A stretch of DNA of 64,000 nt from Stylophora pistillata (taxonomy: Eukaryota): positions 99,812 to 163,811 of the forward strand of contig NW_019217956.1 in the NCBI RefSeq assembly GCF_002571385.2, given 5' to 3'. Below the pieces are notes generated by a model. It worked only from the letters and a program-made list of their open reading frames with translations. It did no database searches and was not told where the DNA came from. Shown here piece by piece: positions 10,516 through 23,500 of the stretch. How positions within the stretch are numbered: the first letter of the stretch is position 1; the number at the start of each line of letters is the position of its first letter. The position numbers and the translations under genes were made by a program.

Positions 10516-13500
10516 ACTGTAATCGCAGGATGTAGTCGCGGGATCATACTTACTATCGAACTTACTATCGAACGCGTGCTTCTATTGTTCTCTAAATTTA
10601 CAATATTTGAATAAGGACACAAAGGGGCGGAACAAGTCTCCGAAGTAAAACGATTCATGCTTAAATATTCCATATGTTTCTATGGCGGAAAGAATGTCAA
10701 AATTAAGAAAGCAGATACAATAAACTATAGGCCTTTAACAAGAACAAACTTGAATGAGAATTCGCAGCGCTAACGTTATAAATATGCCTTCTTAATTACG
10801 GTCGAGCAGCTTAGGAAATAAGAGTGAGAGGTAATTTCAAATTTCTGCTTATCAGCGAGATGTTTGTGTTAAGTTTAGTATAAACGGCAAAGTACGAGCA
10901 AAAATTCAGCTGCCAACCATCATGAGAACCAATTTTGCAGAAATTAAAGGTCATTAACATTTCTATTAACCTAAAATTTAACTAGTAATGAACAACAAAA
11001 GTACCGACATGTAGGTGTACAAAAAAGGGCAAGAAACAATTTAAAATCTTTAAGTTGATTCCTTTTAAAAACTACTGTGGCCTTTGCTATATTTTTTTAA
11101 ATCACTAAAACGAAAGAACTCGAATGAACTTGAATAAAACCGGAAATGATTTAATCTGAAAAGTTACGAATAGATATGTCCCAAAACAAACACACGGAAA
11201 GAGGACTAAATTTTCCCTAACGCATGTCAGTCCTTCGTTCTCTCTTCTTAGTGTCCTCTTCGTTTCTTCCGTTTGCCCTCTTCCCTTCCTTTTTACGCTC
11301 GTTCTTGCAAACTTGCTGCTTTGAACAGATTACGGCCTCGCCTGCTTGCAGAAGCCATGACTTGACATTTACACCTTGTTTGTGCGAGTTTCCCAGCAAA
11401 ATGCACCATCTCATGAACGTTGGGAAAGGATCGAGATGGGACTTCCCCTCTACATGAGGGCGTTGTCTCCTTCACTTAAAAAAACGCCACGAATTGTCAA
11501 AAGGTAAGCGACTCATGCATTTGAGAACCTTAATACCATATTTTCGCCTATTTTTGACTTAATCTTGATTCCACGCCCATTTCCTAGATAGGAAATAGGC
11601 AAATACCGGCTCCAATGTCACCTCTTGGTTTCCTGAGTTGAAGTATGTTCGAGTTGAACTCCAACACCACCACCACCCTTCCCATGGTTGCGAAGAATTT
11701 TCACACTTCCCAGCACAATCGATATGTTCTTCGGAGTTGATGCCAACCAAGAGAAATGCAGTGGTTTACCTTAAAACGTGTTTACTCGGCACTAAAAAAA
11801 TCAAATACATCCTCTTTAGTAGGGGAAATAAATTTATGAAACAGCAGGGGAAAGCCGCTTATAGGGTAATCCTGCCAAAGTTCGCAATAGGATCTAATAA
11901 ATGTGTTTACAGAGCAGTGTGCTCTGTGGAACTCAGAAATAAATATAATAGCTATTTCATGATTTATCTTTTAGTTTCAAAAAGATTGATTAGTAAGAAG
12001 GAAAGCAGTTTGTCTAGGATGAACCCTGATACTTTCTGGAAATATAGCTCGTGTTACGTTTGCCTGTCTGTCACTTTTACTCTTTCAGTCGTATGATCAC
12101 GTTTGTCTCGCCACGTTTGACTTTCCGCCTTGAGTATACTAACATCGCAGTTGAGGATTATCAAATAACATGTTCCTAAAATTTGCGGATATTTTTCGAA
12201 TCACAGAAAAATTCCTTTGGTCGACAAGTGCATTGATTACCATCACCAGTGCATGAAAGAAGAAAATAATCTTCACTTCGTGCAGATGTTGATTGGTATC
12301 TATGTAACTTGTTTGTTTTGTGCTTGCGGCTTGTGGCGTGAATATTTGATCAAAGTGATCTCTTAGGGTAACGCTACACACAAAGGAAAACACTTTGGCG
12401 ATCTTGTCTAATTGAAGGGGACGACTGAAGAATATTCTGAAGGTATTTTAGAAAATAGACCAAAAAGTAATTTGCTGGTTTTCCTTATTTCCTTATTACG
12501 GTTCGTGAAGAGAATTATGAGCCCGTGAAATAGGGCTTACTCTTCATTCGAGGAAAGTGAGAGCTATTATAGCTTCATTGAAACTGAAATTTTATTCTTT
12601 CGATAACAGAATCGCACCTTTCGTCGAATTTTATTTGTTTTACTTAATCAGCATGGCATAATATTAATCGCATGACGTTCTCCGAACCGGCCGATGACTC
12701 GAAGACATCCTATTTATATTGGGGAACAGTAGAACAGAAAGACGTGAGAAAGGAAGCAGCATTGTGAATTTCCCTCAGTTTTTCTTAAAAAATCGTTAAT
12801 AATTAACCGGTTTTCTTGAAAAAAAATTAAAACCCTTGGGTAAGCGTGCTGTAAAGAAGGAAAAATACGCTCGTAATTTCGTATTTTGGCCCAACTTTGG
12901 CTGAATGGCACTGAGTCGCCAACATATAACTGTTGTTGATTATTTCCATGTTTGGTCATTTTTCAATGGTGAAAGATTTAATAACCAGTCGCGGTATACT
13001 GAAAACTGCGTGTGAATTGTGTTATAGCGAGCAAAGTTGGTATTCATTTGGAAATTTGTGTGAAAAAAATATAGCTATTTAGTCAGTGTATACCTTTCTC
13101 AGAAAATCACTTCTCGTGCACTGTCTTCAAATGTGTCGTTAATAATTCTTATTCCGTTGTGTTTTAAATTTTGATGTGCCAAAGGTGTAAGCAGCTTAAC
13201 TGACCAAAGAAAAACATTGCCAGCTGTTTAAAAGCACTGGTTAAAAACAATAATGGCCAGCGGTGAACTGGGATGAATGATTTATAATCTTTGTGTGGTG
13301 AGTTTTTTCGCCCTCAAATTGACATCTTTATGCTGAAAAAAAAAAAAAGAGATACTCGGTATTCAGTTTTAAATCTTAACGTTGTTGAAAAGAAGGAAGG
13401 AGGGGGGGGGAGGGAGAGTTATTTTGGCGGGTTCACGGAACGACAAGGGGACGTTTATTCTCTTCAAAATAATTTCGCATGTGATTTCGTCGAAGGTCTA

Positions 13501-13770
13501 CGATATTATTGGTCAAGTGTTGCTTCACATTCTTGATTTCGTATAGCTGATCACGTGAAACTAAAAATGCGCTCGCTACGATTGGTCGAGCTTTGTATCA
13601 TACCTTTATTCAAAATGCGCCGTCGCTCCTTTTCTTAATAACATGTTGGTAAAGAGAAAAATTAGACGGAAAAATTACGCAAGCAAGCATTGGTAATCAC
13701 CTCAGTGTGTAATTTTACCGAAACAATTATCCACCTTTTGCTCAATGAAGGTAAACAGTCCCATTATCCC

Positions 13771-13826
13771 CGAGTGTTCTGCGCGAGTGTTCCGCGCGAG
13801 TGTTCCGCGCGAGTGTTCCGCGCGAG
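13771..13826. repeat. 13-bp CpG-rich tandem repeat (CGAGTGTTCCGCG) x4
   Basis: Directly visible, with one mismatch in the first unit. Confidence 0.9.
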
Positions 13827-16800
13827 AGTTTTGTGCTTGTCATTGGCAATCGGCGGAAAAATATCTCGCTGTCTCAACTCTCCTCTTGGAGTTCAGTATA
13901 CACGAAACTTTGCCTACCGATTTCAAGAAAACTTATTACCGTGACTCCTGCAACCGAAATTATGCGCAGTAAGGACTAAGCCACGAGGGCCAGAATAGGG
14001 ATTTCAGTTGTTGTAATATTTGTGGTAAAGACTGTCAAAGTTCTTTCCCTTCAGCTTACTTCAACGCAAGTGATTATTGGAACCACCTTCATCAGTGGCA
14101 AATATTTTTTTTTTAATCGTTTTAACGTCCATGACAAGGAGCCTCTTATGAGCATTATCTGCCACAAGAAAAGACGGCTCGTCACGCAACACGGAAATCG
14201 GCTGCTAAGAGTCTATCGAGGTCCTTGACAACCCGAGAATGAACCACGTAAATAGACTGCGACATGGGATCGCTTGTTTTCTAAAACTGCAGGAAATACT
14301 GTAAGGACAACTTATGAGACATTCTCTAGCGTAGGCGTGCCAGCCTCATTATTTTCCTGTTTTTTTTTTAGGGTGTTTCTTCCTGTCATGCTTTTGTGTG
14401 ATCGACAGTTGTCTCACGTCACGTATCGCGTGCCATATCTGGCTCTGTTTCTTGTGCGTAAGACGCTATTTGAAAAAAGTATCAATACCTATACTTAAAA
14501 AAATGTGTTACCTGTTTTACACAGCTTTGGCAACTGCATTAGTTATAGATTTTTAAAGAAGACTTTTTATATCACTAACTTATTCATTTTATAATCGGGG
14601 AGGATCCGATTAATATGTTAATGTTGGTTTCGTACAATTAAAATTGCAGTGCAACTAAGTGGAACATCGTTTTGAGATAGAAACAATTAAATTTTCATGA
14701 AAACAAAGATGAAAGAGAAAGGTCGTATGAAGATACAGGAAGGGCCGTCAGATCTGAGTAGGGCTCACGACCTTCTCATTCAGGAACTTGTAAATATAAG
14801 AAAGGAAAAATAGAGTCATGTTACGTGGAGATGAAACTGACTAAATTTACATTTCACTCTCTTTTTGGAATGCCATATAAAGAGATCTATTTAAACAAAC
14901 GCCTTTATTTGCGTAGGAAAGTGCGATCGAAAAGAACTCCGGAATTTCTGCCGTAAACCAAAGAAGAAAACTTATCGATCGCGGTGAGTACCTTGTAATA
15001 TAACAGATCTCTGAATCTCTCTTTTTTTTTTCAAACCTGTTCGTTTCCCAGGTTATACAAGAAACTAACTTAAGAACTGAACACGGTGTCCTTTGCAACA
15101 ACAATGTTTTAAAACACTTTTTCGTTCTTATCGTGTTTTCATTTACGAGTAACCGTTAAGAGTTATGATAACACAGTGACTTTTAAGAGTAAATAATAGA
15201 TTACGAGCATAAAAAGTGCACACAACTTTTGTCAATGTAAATATCAGAGGATATTAACTGTAACTACTAACGTATGTACCGCGACATAGCATTCGTTTCG
15301 TACCACTTTTCATGTGATCCACGCACGAGTCGATTGGAAAATTATAATTCAAATGAAACGATAAAAGAACTTATTAGGGAGAAATTATTTGTGAGGCCAG
15401 CTGTTCCTTGAATACATCATACTCACATTTGATGACATTACCACCATATTGGCACTTAAGAAATTCGTGGGTTGTACTTAAGGGTGTATATCGAGTGCAT
15501 ATAAACAGTTAAAGTGCAAGACGAGGGATCGAAGAAGACAGTGAAACAGAAAATTTTCGAATTGATTCAGCCTTCCACAAAAGGTAACTAGTATTTTTTT
15601 AGCATAGAGGTTTGCCATATCTCTTGTAACTGTTTTGAAAGCGTCATGGCCATTGTCGATCGCATCCCTCAAAGAAGTACAGCACAGTCCGACAACGTCG
15701 AATTCTCAAAACACGATTAACATAAGCTTAAGGAGGTTTTAGAGTTAAATGCCTGGTCGTCAAGTTTTCCAGCATCAAAAAGATTTTCCAGTTTATGTTT
15801 TATGAAGTTGAGCTTTCGTCTTACTAGAATAATACCCTGAAAGAACCTACAAGACGTCAGTTAGCTCATTAGAACAACATACACACACCTAGGAGAAAAT
15901 GTGTACTCTTTTTTAAAGAACTTTTAACCCCGTATTAGAGTTAATCAACGTGAATCAACCGGCTCAGCACCTTTGCAGGAAGTCGGCTGATACAATTTCT
16001 GAGAACTTTATCCCCAGCGGCACTTTTATCTCTTTCCATCACAACTGTTGAATGATTCCTTCTGTTTGTTCAGCAAGTAATGAGCAATTTAATGCTAAAA
16101 GGGTTTCGATCCGTCAAAATGAAACAAAAGGGCGACTTATTTCCTAAAATAACTCCTTAAACAATCCGGCTTTTCTCGATATAGTATATTCCCACCCTTC
16201 CAAATGATTTTTCGCTGACAGGAAATAGGATACATGTGTTTTATTTGCAAATAATCATTAATCGACTGGAGATTTGCCTTGCAAACTAGCGTACATGTCA
16301 CCGGCCTGTCGATGCTAATATTTCGCTTACTCGAGTTTCACCCGTTTGCGTGGCGTAAACGAACGCTTCTATTCAGAGTCAAGGCGAAGTCTATCAATTC
16401 TGTTTTCCCAGAATTCTGCGGCCATTACTCTTTATTATTTTTTTCCCTTCATGACGGATTGCATCATTCAGCGGTAAGTTTGTGCATAAGCATCTGTCAA
16501 GATGAGACAAAAGGCTGTCTTTAACCCGTTTCCAAAAATAACCTGTTAGACCATCCGTCCTTTCTTGGAACTGTTTACTTCCTTTTTTCCCAACAATTTT
16601 ACAAAACCGCGAACTTGGGCTACAAAGTAGACTAGATGTCTTCTCCCGCAGTCAACTTTTTTTGCATCTTTTCTTCAGTTTTCTTAACGCTTATAAAGTC
16701 TGTTGACTAGCTTGATCAAACCAGACATTTCGAATCTGATTACAGAAGTTAATAACGACGACGTGGTAGTCTCGAAATTCCACACGTTGATAAATAAGTC

Positions 16801-17478
16801 GGACTCCGACAAAGGAAAGGGCTCAGTCTGAGGAGGCTTTTTACTAAGCTGATTTTTAAATCTACATCCCATTTATAACAACATACCGCCAACTCATTAT
16901 TAACTTGCTTTTCTCTAAGATTTTGGATATTTGACCGACAGCTGGGATTGTAATGCATGAAGATTTATTTTTGTCTCAAGTGTGTTTGCAGAGCATGTAA
17001 GACTCAATCAAATATCCCATGTTGAACAATCCTGTTTCATTTCGTAAATTGCGCGTGTCCTTCCTATCTCACCTATATTTATTCAGTTCAGATCTTATCA
17101 GAAACCATCAAATAATCAATTTGAAGCGATCACTTCAGTCAAATAGAAAGAGAATGCATGGAATACTACTCAGGCAGCATTCAACTGTGGTCAATAGTGT
17201 CTCTTATCCAGACCTTCCACGGCCAATAGTTACACGTTGGGATCTGATTACGAGATTAGTCTTATCGACGCTTAATTTTTTGAAACCCCGGATTACATTT
17301 TCATCCCAGGAACCCTTTCCGCTTGCTTTTTCACCCCTTCAGAGTTGCGCCTTGGCTGCTAATAAAGAAAATATATGAAATTTCTGTTTTGCTTGGCACC
17401 AGTTAGAGAGTGGGAAAGGGGTCACATCCTTTCTTGAAACACCATATTTCAAAAGATAACCTCTAACCACAGATAATT

Positions 17479-17572
17479 GTAGGTTATTCCACGGTTGGTG
17501 AGCGCGTACGATTTTTATTCACAACGAGTGAATAAAAATCGTACAAGTGAACTAACCGTGAAATAACTTATT
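17479..17572. repeat. ~90-bp imperfect palindrome, probably the end of a non-autonomous DNA element
   Basis: TAGGTTATTCCACGGTT..GTACGATTTTTATTCAC / GTGAATAAAAATCGTAC..AACCGTGAAATAACTTA. Confidence 0.65.
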
Positions 17573-18520
17573 TATTATATACATACCGAGATTCATAAGC
17601 GAACAGAACTCAGCGATAAACATATCTTTATTTTCTTTCAAAGGAAAGTAACGCGCNTCCAACAAACTTTTCACTCCTTCACGTGCGCGTGTGCACTCAG
17701 TCTGAAGATAGCGGATCTGGTAACAGCATTCCTATCCAACGCCCTGTTGTTATTTATTCTTATTGGAAACTTATTGTGTTGGTCGGGATCCCTATCACTT
17801 CAAGGAAGGTCGTTGGATTTTTAGCTCATTCTTCAGTTGAAAAAATTTAATGCAATTTTGTCGTAAGTACTTATAATCCCATATCAGAGGGAATTACAGA
17901 CTAGGAGTTCATTACCGACCGTAAAAAATGTTTTGTGATTGATCATCGGGGTTACGATGAGAAATGAATGATTCATCGTATGCCTCACGATCTAGAATTT
18001 GTACCTTCATGCTATCAACCGAACATCATGGCGCTTGGCTTTCGACTGCTGGAGCGCTAGTCTTCGTCAAGCGCCAGATTACATGCCGACGGGCGTATTG
18101 CAATCGAAATTCCGCCATCCTCGATATTAATAGCTTGACTTTTCAATTGGCAGTGACCTTGATAACTCGTGAGACAACGATTAACATTCATTTATCAAAA
18201 ATAGAAATGCTTGTTTCGAGTAATCTTTTTTACGCACGAGCATTATGATCATCGAACAAATCTTGGCATCAATTATCGCAAGGTCCGATCATGCGCAAGC
18301 GGTTGTTTGTTTGTTTGTTTGTGTTTTGAGATGTTTCCTTTGAACCCTTTCGAATGGGTCTCTGTAAAACGAGGACCGGATAGATGCGGATGGCGGATGC
18401 GGATAGAAAAATTGGGATGAAAAATCGCGGATGGAAAAATGCGGATAGAAAAAAAAATCGGTCGGAAAAAAAAAAAATTAAACTTGTCCTTACAGTCGAA
18501 CCCCGCTATGTCGAACCCCC

Positions 18521-19390
18521 GCACAAAAACAAAAGTCATATCTCAAGGATACTATAGACTTCGTCAATTTCATAGAAACCACGAAACTCCCGGAGAACGA
18601 AATACTTGTTTCAATGGACGTTACGAGCTTCTATACAAATATACCACAAGAGGAAAGAATAGACGCTGTATGCAAAGCCATACGAAATATTCTACAGAAA
18701 CGGAACTCCTATCCCTACACAACTACTAAAACAAGCGCTTAGGCTAATCAGTCTCCAGGAAAATTCCTTCCATTTTAATGGAAAGCACTACCTTCAAACA
18801 CATGCTACGGCCATGGGCACGAAAATGGCAGTCGCCTTTTCTAATATTTTCATGAACAAGGTAGAGATAGAAATTCTTGACAAAAGCCTTTCAAAACCGC
18901 TTGTTTGGAAACGTTACATAGACGACATCTTCTCGTCGGTGGAGTACAAACAAAGCAACAATAGAACGTTTCATTGAAAAAGCAAACAATCATCACCCAA
19001 CAATAAAATTTACGGCTGAAATTTCCGATAAGGAAACAACATTCCTAGTCACCTACATCTACGCAAAGGCGAACGATTCGAAAAGGACGGAATCCTTGAT
19101 GTGCGTACTCATTTTAACTGACAAACTGAGACATTTTAGTATACACCATAGTTCCTGTCACCCACAAGGAGTTAAGAAAGGCTTCATAAAAGGAGAGGCT
19201 CTTAGACTTCTCAGAACAAACTCCTCTCAAACAATATTCGAGGAGAAAATTGCAAATTTCAAAGCCATTTGCTAAAGAGATGCTACCCAGACGACCTCAT
19301 TAACACAACCTTCTCAGAGGTGAATTTGAAAAACAGGAAACTAGCTCTTCAACAGAAACCGAAGACGAACCAACGAATCTTGCCTTTTCA
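18521..19390 (+). mobile_element. Penelope-like RT, copy B (internal fragment ending at assembly N)
   Basis: Alignable to copy A from AQKQKS to the start of the LPF motif. Contains GGCACGAAAATGGCAGTC and CGTTACATAGACGACATC (RYIDDI), with several frameshifts. Confidence 0.88.
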
Positions 19391-19391
19391 N

Positions 19392-20543
19392 GTCATGGTG
19401 TGATGGCCCTACAGAGAAACTGTCATCATTTATCGACAAACTCCTTCAGCCGATAGCACAAAAACAAAAGTCGTATCTTAAGGATACTACAGACTTCGTC
19501 AATTTCATAGAAAATACGAAAGTCCCGGAGAACGTAATACTTGTTTCAATGGACGTTCAGCTTTTATACAAATATACCACAAGAGGAGGGAATAGACACT
19601 GTATGCAGAGCATGCGAAGTATTCTACAGAAACGGAACTCCTATCCCTACACAACTACTAAAACAAGCGCTTAGGCTAATCAGTCTCCAAGAAAATTCTT
19701 TCCAGTTTAATGGAAAGCACTACCTTCAAACACATGGTACGGCCATGGGCACGAAAATGGCAGTCGCCTTTTCTAATATTTTCATGAACAAGGTAGAGAC
19801 AGAAATCCTTGACAAAAGCCTTTCAAAACCGCTTGTTTGGAAACGTTACATAGACGACATCTTCTCGTCGGTGGAGTACAAACAAAGCAACAATAGAACG
19901 TTTCATTGAAAAAGCAAACAATCATCACCCAACAATAAAATTTACGGCTGAAATTTCCGATAAGGAAACAACATTCCTGGACACCTACATCTATGCAAAG
20001 GCGAACGATTCGAAAAGGATGGAATCCTTATGTGCGTACTCATTTTAACTGACAAACTGAGACATTTTAGTATACACTATAGTTACTGTCACCCACAAGG
20101 AGTTAAGAAAGGCTTCGTAAATGGAGAGGCCCTTAGACTTCTCAGAACAAACTCCTCTCAAACAATATTCGAGGAGAAAATTGCAAATTTCAAAGCGCAT
20201 TTGCTAAAGATAGGCTACCCAGAGGACCTCATTAACACAACCTTCTCAGAGGTGAATTTCAAAAACAGGAAAGTAGCTCTTCAACAGAAACCGAAGACGA
20301 GCCAACGAATCTTGCCTTTTGTTACACAATACCAACCATTAGTGCCAAACCTAAAGAAAATTATCATGAGACACTAGCATTTAATAGAAACACAACCATT
20401 ACTGAGCGAATTATACAAAAATCCGCCGCTCATATCTTACAAAAGAGGGCGATCGCTCAAAGACACTCGTGAGGGCCAAACTTTGCATAAGCTATTCTAA
20501 ACACGCGCTGGGGAGTCGTGTAGGCCTGTCAACCCCCTTTTTT
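19392..20543 (+). mobile_element. Penelope-like RT, copy C (with 3' end)
   Basis: ORFs 19541-19909 (YTNIP..QTHGTAMG..WKRYIDDIF) and 20030-20377 (thumb), then LVRAKL and the same 3' tail as copy A. Confidence 0.9.
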
Positions 20544-23500
20544 ACTGTAATGACATGTTTAATGTTTTTTTTTTTTCCAACCGATTTTCTTTTCTACCCG
20601 CATTTTTCCATCCGCAATTTTTCATCCGCATTTTTCTATCCGCATCCGCCATCGATCCGCATCTATCCGCTCCGCGTTGTACAGAGACCCCTTTCGAATG
20701 TCAGCAGAAGCGATCAGGTTGCAAGTTCTCCTCAAAATTTTAAACATTATCCTGCTAAATGCGGACGGTCATGAGAATGCGCAAAATTATTAGCGAATGC
20801 CGGAAGATGTTTAAATCAAATACCAAATTCTAGCTCCTGACTGATTTTCAAGGAAATGAGGAGATAGTAGAATGGAGAATCATGCAACGGATCAGATCTC
20901 GCAAGATAAAGGATTAAAACTGTTTAAAATGTGATAGTCATCTGATCGACTAGAAATATTGGTAACCGGGCAGAAAAATCAAAACTGTCATCGGTCAGAC
21001 AAAACATTTATGAAATTAGATAACGCTTCCAGCTCTCACTTTTTATGAAGAGCTTCATTCAAAAATAATTTTCTGATTTCATGCTCCAGGGCTACTCGAC
21101 GGAAAGCTGAAGAACGTTTTTAAAACAATTTTAACTGAGAGGTATGTTTACCATAGAGCTTTTTGTATATATCCGTAATTATATGGGCCTCAACCAGTAC
21201 ATCCTATACGTGATTGCCTGTCTATTAGCACTAGTCATACTGTTCAGTTTTTCTTTTATTTTCGAGATTTTTCTTAATTCACCAAAGAACATGCTTTCAT
21301 TTCTCGCTGTACACTCTTTTCTGTAACAATGAACTTGTTTAGCATCATTTGGAATAGATTTGATCGGGCGAAACTGAAGATTCTTGGCTACATTGTACAT
21401 AATAAAAAGAAATAGTTAATCATTACTGACGCCATTAAACTTCTTACGCAATCATGATTATTAATCGTTTGAAATGATCAACTATCGTGAAAACTTTCTT
21501 TATTTCTTTTTTTATCAGAATTTGGTTTGTTAGAAATAATGCCCCCTCTGCCAGGAAATGAATTGAATTTATCAAACCTCTTGAGGGTAAAATAGAGTAC
21601 GTACATAAATTTATGTTATTCAAAAATTAAAACTGAAACTTTGCATGCATGTATATCGTGAACGTATTCGCCCAATTTCAGCCTCAATATTAATGGAAAA
21701 TATTCCTATATCAAAAAAGAGCGCATTGACACCAGTTTGAAGTTATTCGTGCTTGCATGAATTTCGCCAAACCAGCCTGATGCACGAATTACATCACAAG
21801 AGTGGACACTGACCCTATCTCGCCTCGACATTATCATTATTTTCATGGGACGTGAATGGCAAGCGTTTAATTTTGTGGCGTGGCAGAACCCCGACTTTCA
21901 CCTAAGTTATTGTAATATCAGCTATCAGGTAGGAAGTTTTTTCCCTGAGATATTGAAAAATTGAATCAAGATTCATAGAGAATAAGCTGAAATTTTAAGA
22001 TGTCGAGTTTGGCACCGTTTTTCCTTCTCGCAACTAGAGGAGGATCGAGGGAACTGCTCGTGATCAAGGAACTCAGTGTTTGTAAGAGGATCCCATATTC
22101 TCGATCAGCGGCTTGCCATCAAGTCGAAATTTATGCAGTTGTAACATGCGAAATAATCTTGTGCATGGTTAACGCCGATTGCTTTAAAATTTTCGAATGG
22201 CTTTGGGAGTCTGGGAACGTACATGTGCTTGCAAGAAGCATTAGCACGTGCTTGCTTGCCTCAAGTGCTCATACTTGTTTTGAGCGTCAAATGAGTCATT
22301 GTTAGACTTTAGCATCCTTTGACAAGAAATTTTAGCCGTGATCTTTTTCTGAAAATTCCATTTTTTTTCGTTTTCTAATTTTGTTTGTTTGTTTTGGTGT
22401 CATTTCTTTTCAACTTCCGTTTCCAAATTCCTAAGAGTATTTTGGTCTTCTTTTCCTTAGAACTGTTACCAAGGTTAACTTTCTTTTGCAAATCAGGGCT
22501 GAAAGGAAATGAATCCTTTGAATCAGTGGTTTAGGTGTGAAATATAAAAAGGAGCAATCCATGACGTATTTCCTCCAATTTTACGTCAGTTTCGCAAATG
22601 CATCAGATCATTGTCCTTCATATTGAAGCAACAGTCTCATAATATGGTCTTTTATTTTGCCCAAATAAAGTAGTTTCTTTTGTCTAATTTGAGAATATCA
22701 GGAATTTCATGTAATATCTGTGTGTTACAGAAGTTAATGGGCAGGAAATTAGGTTAATTAACGAGAAGCAAAGTCAAACAAACAGCTTCGGAACAAACAT
22801 GAGGCTTCGGGTGCGGCAAAGAACAAATTTTCACCTAATTGCCTGGTAATCCCTTTTAAGGTTGCGATGAAAATTGTACGTCAATTTTGTCAACATCTCC
22901 GAAAAATTGAGTACCACTTAGAGCAAAAGAATTATGTTTTTAAAGAGCGAAATCCAATTTAAATCAGTTTTTTGACAAGTTTACCCCCTCGATTAGTCTA
23001 GTCTAATCGAAGAGAGCGAGGAATGACCTGGAACAGATCATCAGTGGTCGGCGTCCGTGAAAATATTCCAAATAATTGTGGGTGTTATTTGCGAATGATT
23101 TATTAAAGCTTAAGAATTAAAAGTAAATAACCTGACTTATCAAGCGGTGAGTCACTTCAGTTCTTCATTTTGTCGCCTGTGTATATGTGACCTGAGTGGG
23201 ATTATAATTGCTGTTACGGCCTTTTGGCGCAGATAATGAATTGGAGGGCCTCCAACAGCCGTCGCACAGAGAGACTTGTGGGTTGAAGTGACACTAAATT
23301 CATTGATATCTTTACCTGATGAAACAAGATCGTTATCAATATCCCTTAAAACACTGTTATTTGTTGACGTGCTATATGACATAAAAAACGCGCGGAGACC
23401 GGGAACAGGCCTGATTGATTGTTCCACGCGACAAATTCAAAAGGTGAATTGTTCGAGTAGAATTTTTGAGGCTTTTTAGTGTTTACAGTATGATTAAATC

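Larger units (their letters stand above)
18356..20690. mobile_element. Mutator-like (MULE) non-autonomous element: ~140-bp TIRs, 9-bp TSD, interior filled with PLE RT sequence
   Basis: Left TIR 18356-18496 (GGGTCTCTGTA..GCGGAT repeats) is inverse to right TIR 20544-20690 (..ATCCGC repeats..TACAGAGACCC). CTTTCGAAT is duplicated at 18347-18355 and 20691-20699. Confidence 0.85.

Noticed and set aside
15478-16958. Minus-strand ORF fragments resembling a pseudogene
   Set aside because: No recognisable motif or consistent splice structure; cannot be supported without a homology search.
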